Of a stretch of DNA of 64,000 nucleotides, positions 18,841-26,070 are shown piece by piece. Under the pieces are notes generated by a model that was not told the DNA's origin, made no database searches, and worked only from the letters and a program-made list of their open reading frames with translations. Origin of the DNA: a virus (taxonomy: Duplodnaviria > Heunggongvirae > Uroviricota > Caudoviricetes); IMG/VR virus record IMGVR_UViG_3300042894_008610. One strand, given 5' to 3'. Positions within the stretch are counted from its first letter, which is position 1. Every line of letters begins with the position of its first letter. Made by a program: the position numbers and the translations under genes.

Positions 18841-19975
18841 TGTCAGGAGATAATACAGGTTTATTAATCTTGTTCTCTAATCTTTCTTTGAACTCATACA
18901 AGAAGTTAGATGAATTAGTATAACATCTATCCTCAATCAAGAAACACAAATTAGGATATGGGTTTTCTCTACCTTCATTAATCATTTGTTCAACAACCTC
19001 AAGAGCTTCTTTGTTCCTTTGTCTTTTCTCATAAAAGAATGCCAAATACATCAAGTGTTCATTTCTTGTTGGAGAGAACGGTCCTGCAGATTTGTAGTGT
19101 TCTTCCGCTTTATCATACTCCCCTCTAAAGTTATATGCTTCACCCAAAAGTATAAATGTTAGATATGACATCTCATCTAATCTTGCAGGTTTACCAGTAT
19201 TAAACCAGTTGTGATTAAGTGCTAAAAACTTATTAAAGTAGAAAATCGCTCTACGAGCATATTCGTCTGAGTGGTCCTTTCCAAATGCAAGTTCATCAGG
19301 ATTTCCATAACAATCAGCATAACTCTTACCAACATACCAAAGATGATACATATCCTCATTGATGGTGTTTCCAACAACTTTGTCAATTTCTAATTCCAAA
19401 GCATCTCTCAAAAACTTTCTTGGTGCAAACCAAGTCTGACCATCATTTGTGATTAAGTGTCTAAATCCAAAAGGTAGAACCATTCTTTGGAAATTTTCAC
19501 CGACTTCAGGTAAGTGAATTGTTTCGTGTCTTTTATCGTGTTGAAAAAACCAAGGTCTTTTTGCATTCCATAACCAAGTTCTGTAATACTTTGTACCCAT
19601 TGCCTGAGCTGTAATGTTGAATGAATCAATTGAAGTGTCTTCCAATACAGTCCAATCAAAGTCCTCATCAACAATTAGTTGTTCATCAGCATCCATTCTC
19701 AGAATCCAATCACATCCGTGGTCAGCCTTCAAACATTCCTGTAAGGTATGGTCTCTATTCCATCCTGGATATTGCCATTCAATCTCATACAGGAATCCAG
19801 GAATCCCTTTTTCTTTGAAGTAGTTTCTTATAATGTCTTGTGTTCCGTCAGTAGACCCATTGTCCTGTATAACCCAATAATCAATATATTGGAAACAGGA
19901 GTCTAACATTCTTGTGATAGTTCTGGCCTCATTAGCCACCATCGCGTTTAAGCAAATTTTGGTTTTTTTATTCAT
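18818..19975 (-). CDS. glycosyltransferase (GT2-like N-terminal domain, TPR-like C-terminus)
   Basis: YWVIQDNGSTDGTQDII; C-terminal TPR-like EAYNFRGEYDKAEEHY. Confidence 0.55.
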   Translation of the reverse strand: MNKKTKICLNAMVANEARTITRMLDSCFQYIDYWVIQDNGSTDGTQDIIRNYFKEKGIPGFLYEIEWQYPGWNRDHTLQECLKADHGCDWILRMDADEQLIVDEDFDWTVLEDTSIDSFNITAQAMGTKYYRTWLWNAKRPWFFQHDKRHETIHLPEVGENFQRMVLPFGFRHLITNDGQTWFAPRKFLRDALELEIDKVVGNTINEDMYHLWYVGKSYADCYGNPDELAFGKDHSDEYARRAIFYFNKFLALNHNWFNTGKPARLDEMSYLTFILLGEAYNFRGEYDKAEEHYKSAGPFSPTRNEHLMYLAFFYEKRQRNKEALEVVEQMINEGRENPYPNLCFLIEDRCYTNSSNFLYEFKERLENKINKPVLSPDSVVFDFL

Positions 19976-21215
19976 AAATGTAATTCATTACTTGTTCTTG
20001 TTTATAGTATTTTTTGATTGGGACACTGTTTTGGAACTTTTGTGAGTGTTGTGTAATCTCATCCCAATTCCAATCAAAATAACCCATTTCTTCAATTCTG
20101 TCGTGTATTCTTTTATCATAGAAGTCCCTGATTAATCTGGCCCTACGATTAATATCTGTTGCATTATTATCAACTGTTGAGTTGTTATTGTTGTATTGTA
20201 GATATAACACCTTCTTTACGTGAATCATCTTGGTTTCTAAAAATGTACGAATAAGAATCTCCAAGTCATCAGCAACAGGTGTTAATTTATTGTGTCCTGA
20301 AATATTATGATAAACACTTCTCTCCCACATTCTAGCGTGGTTTGGCATTGTGATATTGAATCTAATTGTGAGTGGGTTTACATCAGGGTACCAATGAGCA
20401 AGTCTATCAACACCGTCAACATTTACCCAACTGTGTCCAGCATACCCAAAGTCAAAATAGTTATCGTGACGAGCATACCAATTACCAGTCCAATCGTGGT
20501 CATAAAACTTAGGTTCACCGTCCTCGTATATCTCTGAACAATCAGTATAAAGAAATCCCGCGTCAGGGTATTTTAATATTGCATCATTAGCGGTTTCAAG
20601 ACAAGTTGTAACCAAACAATCATCGTGGTCCAATTCAATCAACCAATCACCATCACCTAACATAGCTGCACGATGTTTAGCCAAACCAATATTACCACCC
20701 GATAATGGATAAATCCTGTGAGGTTTTACCCGATAGTCTTTCTCCGCAATTTCAGTTATCATCTCCCAAGTTTCAGGGTCAGGCGAATCATCAACCACAA
20801 CCCATTCCCAATTATCAAAGGTTTGGTTGTTTAAAGACTCATAAGTCCTATAAATCCTTTCTCCTGTTTTGTAGGTTGGTGTGAAAATTGTAAATCTTGG
20901 TCTAAAATATTCACAGTTTCTAAACACAGTCTGACAAACAATTACGTTCGCCAAAATTGCTTCATCAATCGGTTCATCATAGTGAATGTGAAATCTTTTC
21001 AAATGATAGTGTGGGATGTTTACTTCTTCACCAAAACTTATAATTAAGTCAGGTTTATATTTTGTATAATCACCAACGACATCGTTTGTATATGGTAGAT
21101 TATAAACAACAACATCATCAAACAGATGTTCTTCCCAGTATATTTGTGAGATTAAGGTTGTTTCACCTTCCGTACCTAATCCATACACTATTGCTGACGG
21201 TTTTTTTGTCTTCAT
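19968..21215 (-). CDS. family 2 glycosyltransferase
   Basis: FTIFTPTYKTGERIYRTYESLNNQTFDNWEWVVVDDSPD; DxD-like LDHDD. Confidence 0.7.
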   Translation of the reverse strand: MKTKKPSAIVYGLGTEGETTLISQIYWEEHLFDDVVVYNLPYTNDVVGDYTKYKPDLIISFGEEVNIPHYHLKRFHIHYDEPIDEAILANVIVCQTVFRNCEYFRPRFTIFTPTYKTGERIYRTYESLNNQTFDNWEWVVVDDSPDPETWEMITEIAEKDYRVKPHRIYPLSGGNIGLAKHRAAMLGDGDWLIELDHDDCLVTTCLETANDAILKYPDAGFLYTDCSEIYEDGEPKFYDHDWTGNWYARHDNYFDFGYAGHSWVNVDGVDRLAHWYPDVNPLTIRFNITMPNHARMWERSVYHNISGHNKLTPVADDLEILIRTFLETKMIHVKKVLYLQYNNNNSTVDNNATDINRRARLIRDFYDKRIHDRIEEMGYFDWNWDEITQHSQKFQNSVPIKKYYKQEQVMNYIYE

Positions 21216-21302
21216 ACGTTCAAAACATAGTTATTTAAAGTGTTGTTGTAAAGTTCATATAAAAGAAAAGGTCCTCTTTCGAGGACCAATTCACCAACCA
21301 TC

Positions 21303-22043
21303 TTATACCCACTCCATCATAATCTGAGACTTCCCGTTCCATTCTTTGATTTGACGTTTCGGAACCCAAAACTCCATCTCTCCGATTTCCTCAACTCGTT
21401 TGAGGTATGCCTCACGGTAAGCTCCGGCTTCAGAAGAGTTCTTGATGTAAGGGATTCTCATATGCTTTGAACAAATCTTACCCATTCCTGTCAACATTGA
21501 GAACTCATCAGTCAAATCTTTACCACAACACATACAAACCTTCATACGGCTTACGGTCATCTTACCTGAGAACTTAACCGCCTTTGGTGAGATAGCCAAA
21601 ATCTTAGTGATATCCAAGATTGTTGGGTTGAACTCAAGGTTGTAAGTCTCCTTCATTTGTTGACCGATTTTACGTCCAACCTTGATGGTTTCTCCTACGG
21701 TTGGAAGTTTGAAGTTGATAGTCTTAGACTTGTCTTCTTCCTTCTCGATTTGTTTGAGAGCTGCGTTGATTTGTTTGTTGGTCAACGTTCCCCACTTTTG
21801 AAGTTTAAGAGAGATGTCTTTCACGAAGGTGCTCTCACCGTTGTATTCAACGATTTTCTTCAACTCGGGACGTTCCTCAACGTTCAAAGTGGTTACAGGT
21901 GCATTGAGACATTTCTCAGCGGCTTCGACTTGCTTGGGAGTCAAACGACCCCACTGGTTAAGAGATTCTTTCATTTTAAGGATGAAGCTGTTGTTACCTT
22001 GGTAGTTACGAACTTTTTCTTGGGTAGTGATGGTGGTTGTCAT
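21303..22043 (-). CDS. hypothetical protein with an internal W-x-x-LT-x-KQ-x-x-AA repeat and a C-terminal Cys4 ribbon; N-term MTTTITT
   Basis: ATG at 22043 preferred over the track start; TAtcTTTG -7-like element lies upstream. Confidence 0.5.
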   Translation of the reverse strand: MTTTITTQEKVRNYQGNNSFILKMKESLNQWGRLTPKQVEAAEKCLNAPVTTLNVEERPELKKIVEYNGESTFVKDISLKLQKWGTLTNKQINAALKQIEKEEDKSKTINFKLPTVGETIKVGRKIGQQMKETYNLEFNPTILDITKILAISPKAVKFSGKMTVSRMKVCMCCGKDLTDEFSMLTGMGKICSKHMRIPYIKNSSEAGAYREAYLKRVEEIGEMEFWVPKRQIKEWNGKSQIMMEWV

Positions 22044-22066
22044 ATTGGTTGGTTTTAAATTCAATA

Positions 22067-22090
22067 CAAAGATAAGGAAAGTTTTGGTTC
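22067..22090 (-). promoter_or_regulatory. Bacteroidetes-type -7 promoter element (TTATCTTTG in mRNA sense), 27 nt upstream of ATG 22043
   Basis: plus strand CAAAGATA at 22067-22074; the same octamer sits upstream of the paralogous-N-terminus gene 22145..22609. Confidence 0.35.
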
Positions 22091-22103
22091 CCACAACACA
22101 ATT

Positions 22104-22138
22104 CAAAAAAAAATCCCCTCTTTTTTTAGAGGGGATTG
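22104..22138 (-). terminator. rho-independent terminator (ATCCCCTC-T8-GAGGGGAT + T-run in minus RNA)
   Basis: perfect 8-bp stem at 22113-22136. Confidence 0.6.
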
Positions 22139-22144
22139 TCACTC

Positions 22145-22609
22145 TTAGTTTTGAGTGAAGGCTTGGTCTGCCCAAGTCTTAGCTCCGAAGAATTCCCAAA
22201 TCTTCATATCACACATATCGGGGAAAGACTCTCTCATTGTACCTACAGTCAACACGTCCAAGAATCCTTTGTCGATACTGTTCCACTTGTTTCCTTTGGT
22301 GGTCAATACGTTCATCCAGTTACCGTATTCGTCCTTCACTTGAACGTTAACAAGTGTGTTCTTCTTGTATCCACTGATAACTCGCTTGGGAGTTCCTTTG
22401 GTGTCGTGGATACTGATGAACCCTGCTCGACACTTACCAGCGATACGGAACTCATACTCTTTGTTCTCGTCTTTAAGGTGGTTAGAAACCGATACAGTGT
22501 GACGTTTGCTCTTTACAATGGTTTCGAAACTTCCGTAGAATACGTCTCCTGCCATTACGCCTTCAGTAACTTTGATGATAGATTTTGGGGTGGTGGTTGT
22601 GGTTGTCAT
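22145..22609 (-). CDS. hypothetical protein; N-term MTTTTTTPKS
   Basis: 154-aa ORF; promoter-like element upstream, terminator downstream. Confidence 0.5.
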   Translation of the reverse strand: MTTTTTTPKSIIKVTEGVMAGDVFYGSFETIVKSKRHTVSVSNHLKDENKEYEFRIAGKCRAGFISIHDTKGTPKRVISGYKKNTLVNVQVKDEYGNWMNVLTTKGNKWNSIDKGFLDVLTVGTMRESFPDMCDMKIWEFFGAKTWADQAFTQN

Positions 22610-22636
22610 ATGTGTGTGTATTTGTTTTTAACACTA

Positions 22637-22660
22637 CAAAGATAGTGATATTATCCAAAC
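22637..22660 (-). promoter_or_regulatory. Bacteroidetes-type promoter: TTTG(-33-like) N15 TATCTTTG (-7) in mRNA sense, 27 nt upstream of ATG 22609
   Basis: plus strand CAAAGATA at 22637-22644 and CAAA at 22656-22659. Confidence 0.4.
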
Positions 22661-22674
22661 TGCCAAAACTTTTT

Positions 22675-22980
22675 TTAAGAATTTCTACAACTTCCGTCAC
22701 AACCTTGTCCGGCACCTTCGTAGTAGTTGGTCCTGAAGTCAACGTGGGTTCCTGTTGGTACGTTTGTTTTTCTACCACATTGGATACAAACTTCAAACCC
22801 ATCGATACTGTTACCTAAACTTGTAACCATACCGTTCTCGTCTATCTGTAACGTAACGTGTTCATCTCGGTTAGATTTCATTAACTCAATCTCATTCCAA
22901 TATTTTTGACGAACATATTCACCGAGAGAATAATCGTTTGGGTGGGAGAGTATTTCTTTTGATGTGATTTTTATTTCCAT
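22675..22980 (-). CDS. hypothetical Cys-rich (CxxC...CxGxC) protein
   Basis: internal ATG at 22980 preferred (MEIKITSKEIL...); the upstream part of the track ORF overlaps the promoter region. Confidence 0.45.
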   Translation of the reverse strand: MEIKITSKEILSHPNDYSLGEYVRQKYWNEIELMKSNRDEHVTLQIDENGMVTSLGNSIDGFEVCIQCGRKTNVPTGTHVDFRTNYYEGAGQGCDGSCRNS

Positions 22981-23068
22981 AGTTTTTTTTGTAAAAATAG
23001 TTTTAAGTTGTTTGTATGTAAACAAGATACCAGTCTTGTGGTATTTATTAAATATCTTGAGGTAAAAT

Positions 23069-23593
23069 ATGAAATTAGATGACGTTTTAAGAATTTTCAA
23101 ACATTCAGGTGGTTACCCAAACCCAAAAGCAACAGATATTTTGGATTTTATGAATCTGAACAAAATCAAGTTCGCCCAAATGGTTGCAGATAGATTTGGT
23201 GAATCAGGGGCCGATAAGTTCTTCGACACCTCAGTAAAACGTTTATCTCAAAAAGATGGTGTATTTAAAATTTACCCATATGCTCAATGGGGACAGGATA
23301 ACCCAAGTTATCTTGATTTGGATTTTAGTAATTCAAATACGGTTTTAGAAGAAGTTGGTAACCCTTACATTGGTATTTTGATTGAAGATTGGCAATTAAA
23401 AGATTCTTTAGTCGAGTTTATGGATGATGAAGGTAATACTCAAACATATACATTAGACGAACTTTTTGAAGTGATATCTGATGAAGAACCTTACCAACTT
23501 GATGATGCAATAGAAGATTGGATGTCTGTCATACAAAGGTCAATTTCAAATTACTTAGGAGTTCCGGTAGTTTTAGGAAATAGGAAAAAATAA
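23069..23593 (+). CDS. hypothetical protein
   Basis: 174-aa plus-strand ORF followed by a strong terminator. Confidence 0.5.
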   Translation: MKLDDVLRIFKHSGGYPNPKATDILDFMNLNKIKFAQMVADRFGESGADKFFDTSVKRLSQKDGVFKIYPYAQWGQDNPSYLDLDFSNSNTVLEEVGNPYIGILIEDWQLKDSLVEFMDDEGNTQTYTLDELFEVISDEEPYQLDDAIEDWMSVIQRSISNYLGVPVVLGNRKK

Positions 23594-23626
23594 AAAAGGT
23601 CAGATGATATCTGACCTTTTCTTTTG
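23592..23626. terminator. bidirectional terminator (GGTCAGAT-GAT-ATCTGACC + T-run, A-run upstream)
   Basis: perfect 8-bp stem at 23599-23617. Confidence 0.6.
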
Positions 23627-23674
23627 GGACTGACAGGATTTGTCAATCGACTCCACCACCTGGACTACCAGGAT

Positions 23675-23995
23675 TTACTTGGTAACCAAAGCTTCCACTT
23701 TGGATTTCATATGTTCTGACAATGATACCTCACCAACCGTGGGTGTAATCAATGAAGTCAAAACAATTGAATCAACCAAATATTTGTACGGAATGTGAAC
23801 CAAGAAGTCGGTACCATTGAAGAAATCCAAATCTCCTTTGAGTTCCAAACAACCGTGAACCATTTTCAAAAACAACTTAAACTGAATACCGTCAACAAAG
23901 GTTTCATTCAAGAGGGTCCCGAACTTCTCGTTCTCAATCCTAATATTGTATGTAAAATTGATTTTCATACCACAAATATAGAAATAACTTTTCAT
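23675..23995 (-). CDS. hypothetical protein
   Basis: the track ORF extends through terminator 24002-24034; the internal ATG at 23995 (or 23968) is more plausible. Confidence 0.4.
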   Translation of the reverse strand: MKSYFYICGMKINFTYNIRIENEKFGTLLNETFVDGIQFKLFLKMVHGCLELKGDLDFFNGTDFLVHIPYKYLVDSIVLTSLITPTVGEVSLSEHMKSKVEALVTK

Positions 23996-24001
23996 ATAAA
24001 C

Positions 24002-24034
24002 AAAAAAACCCGAAGATTTTTTTCTTCGGGTTCT
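24002..24034 (-). terminator. rho-independent terminator (ACCCGAAG-loop-CTTCGGGT followed by T8 in minus RNA)
   Basis: stem 24008-24015/24024-24031; closes the ORF-free GC-elevated segment and tRNA unit. Confidence 0.6.
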
Positions 24035-24039
24035 GGCAC

Positions 24040-24960
24040 TTAGGTTGAGAATACACCTTCGATTAAGAATCTTTAGGGACATTATTGTTTCTTCCCGTTT
24101 CCACTACCTTTTGAGTAGTAATTCTTAGTGACGGTTCCTTAGGGGTACCATTCCTTGAGTCGTGCGGTTACTCTCTTTGTACTTGTTACTCTCCGAGGTT
24201 GCCACCCCAGTGAATCCTTGCGGGATTAGAGAACTTTCTCAAGAATCATTTGGGTCTTGGGAACCCATAATGGCAATGAACATCTCATTACTATGTAGTC
24301 ACCTTTCGCCTACGACTGACAGACACTTTTCCTTCGTCTTTTAGTATTTGCATACTTCAAAATGCAAAGTTGTTGGTCTGTGGATGGTGAAAGTAGCGGT
24401 CTGCCAACCAGACAAGCCATCTTTTGAACGACTCGATACTGAACTACTCTCTGAGATATCCCTACCTCGATACTTCAAGAAATCTTCATAATTAAAATCT
24501 TGGTAGATTCTAACTAAGGTTACCAACAGCACCACCTGTACGATAACATGACTTTCGTCTTTAAGACACCTCTGATATTGAATCCCGTGATTGTAAAGTT
24601 GGATGACTTTACTTCTCACAACAATTCTACGAGTTATTCTTATTGTTCTTCCGAACTCAACTCAACGACCCACATCGCTGAGTCATCATTCCATTTTGTC
24701 TACAGTGTCACCCTCGACTACTCAGGAACAATGATATCCCGCTTGCCTACTCGAGCTCTAAGAACCGAAGTTCAAAGAACCGCAGTCTCCGTTAACCTTC
24801 GGAGACCACTTTATCCCACTTTCGTGGTTTATTTATTGACCATAGGCGGCCAATTATCTTATTTACTAACCTGTTGGTTAGAAGGATAATCAAATATGTA
24901 AAAGAACGTGTTTCGTTAATTGTTTCACAAAGTTAAGAAGATTATTTTAATCTGTCAAGC
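24040..24960 (-). ncRNA. candidate large structured non-coding RNA (ORF-free, GC-elevated ~0.9 kb, co-oriented with tRNA-Met, ends at a terminator); class unknown
   Basis: only short ORFs in shifting frames; GC visibly higher than flanks; local hairpins such as GTCTCCG-TTAACCTT-CGGAGAC at 24785-24806; no tmRNA or RNase P signatures recognised by eye. Confidence 0.3.
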
Positions 24961-24981
24961 ACTTTGTAAAAGTTTTTTTTG

Positions 24982-25055
24982 TTGCGGGAGTCGGACTCGA
25001 ACCGACGGCCTCAAGGTTATGAGCCTTGCGAGCTACCAACTGCTACCACCCCGCG
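24982..25055 (-). tRNA. trnM: tRNA-Met (anticodon CAU)
   Basis: minus-strand read CGCGGGGTGGTAGCAGTTGGTAGCTCGCAAGGCTCATAACCTTGAGGCCGTCGGTTCGAGTCCGACTCCCGCAAC: T-arm GTCGG/TTCGAGT/CCGAC, anticodon loop CTCATAA, acceptor CGCGGGG/TCCCGCA with a C1:A72 mismatch, no encoded CCA. Confidence 0.8.
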
Positions 25056-25285
25056 ATATATTTTAAAGAACGTGATTCGAAAAAAAATCCCAAAACTTAT
25101 ATCCTCTCGAACACTCATTTTGGGATTTGGGGTTTGAGGATTCTACTCCTCTTCTTCCGAGTGTCTCACAAACTTACGAACAAATTTTGGACTTGTCAAA
25201 TTGTTTATGAAACTTTTTTTGGGGGTATTATCTACCTTTCGGTAGAGTTTTATAAATATATGCTAAAATTGGAAAAAACCAAGTC

Positions 25286-25705
25286 TTACAGTATATTCAT
25301 TAACAATTTATTTAATTTTTCTCCTGTTTCAAGGTTTTTTACTTGTTTTTTGGTAAAATAACCACATTCGGTGTGTTCCTCACCGTCTTTGGCACTCTCC
25401 AAATCAGGTATAAGTTCCGTATCGCTATTGTATTCATATAGATACATTAGTCCCTTGAAGTGTTTACCATCACGCGTAAATCTTGGTAACATACCAGTGA
25501 ACTTTAAGTTATCAGGATTCAAATCTAAATCAGTTTCTTCTTTAAATTCTCTAACAGCTGCCACCCTTGTCTCTTCCCCCTCTTCAATTTTTCCCGCAGG
25601 AACAGACCACATACCAGGGAAACTACCCTTCTTATTTCTCTTACATAGTAAGCATTTGTCACCAACTTTGACTAGTACACCGACGTATCTTTTGTAATCA
25701 TTCAT
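25286..25705 (-). CDS. NUDIX hydrolase
   Basis: Nudix box GKIEEGEETRVAAVREFKEETDL. Confidence 0.8.
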   Translation of the reverse strand: MNDYKRYVGVLVKVGDKCLLCKRNKKGSFPGMWSVPAGKIEEGEETRVAAVREFKEETDLDLNPDNLKFTGMLPRFTRDGKHFKGLMYLYEYNSDTELIPDLESAKDGEEHTECGYFTKKQVKNLETGEKLNKLLMNIL

Positions 25706-25719
25706 ATTTATAGATATCT

Positions 25720-26070
25720 ATGAGAGTAAAAATAGGTGAAAATATATTCAATGTGAAGATTAGACACGACAATAAAGGTCGTGCTATGGGTATGATGGGT
25801 CGTAAATTTACTGACGAGTATAACGGTATGTTATTCTTTATGGATGAAGACTCAAGTTGTTTTTGGATGAAGAACTGCGTCATTCCTCTTGATATCATAT
25901 TCATTGATAATAGAGTAATAACTAAGATACACCACGACTGTCCTCCTTGTAAAGAAGATGACTGTCCAAGTTATTGTGGAAAGGGTGGAATGATTTTAGA
26001 AATTATGGGTGGTTCTGCAAAAGAACTCGATATCAAAAAAGGTGATGAGATTAAGATTCTTGTTGACTAG
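25720..26070 (+). CDS. DUF192 (COG1430) family protein
   Basis: ...MGMMGRKF...GMLFF...WMKNCVIPLDIIFID pattern typical of DUF192. Confidence 0.55.
   Translation: MRVKIGENIFNVKIRHDNKGRAMGMMGRKFTDEYNGMLFFMDEDSSCFWMKNCVIPLDIIFIDNRVITKIHHDCPPCKEDDCPSYCGKGGMILEIMGGSAKELDIKKGDEIKILVD

Noticed and set aside
21657-22058. 133-aa plus-strand ORF, and nested ORFs 8328..8546, 19453..19674 and 20307..20537
   Set aside because: They lie antisense or out of frame within well-supported genes (21303..22043, the RNA ligase and the GTs) and have no features.
24162-24889. Short ORFs 24162..24344(+), 24341..24619(-) and 24548..24889(+) inside the GC-elevated segment
   Set aside because: Frames and strands keep changing, translations are Cys/Ser/Thr-rich low complexity, and the segment is better explained as non-coding structured RNA.
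24040-24960. tmRNA, RNase P RNA or rRNA-fragment identity for the ORF-free segment
   Set aside because: I could find no tRNA-like 3' domain (GGTTCGA-type T-arm) other than the tRNA-Met itself, no RNase P GGAAAGTCCGG/AGGGTGAAA-type blocks, and no 16S/23S universal motifs, so the class is left open.
25026-25361. 111-aa plus-strand ORF
   Set aside because: It begins inside the tRNA-Met gene and overlaps the NUDIX gene antisense; there is no motif support.
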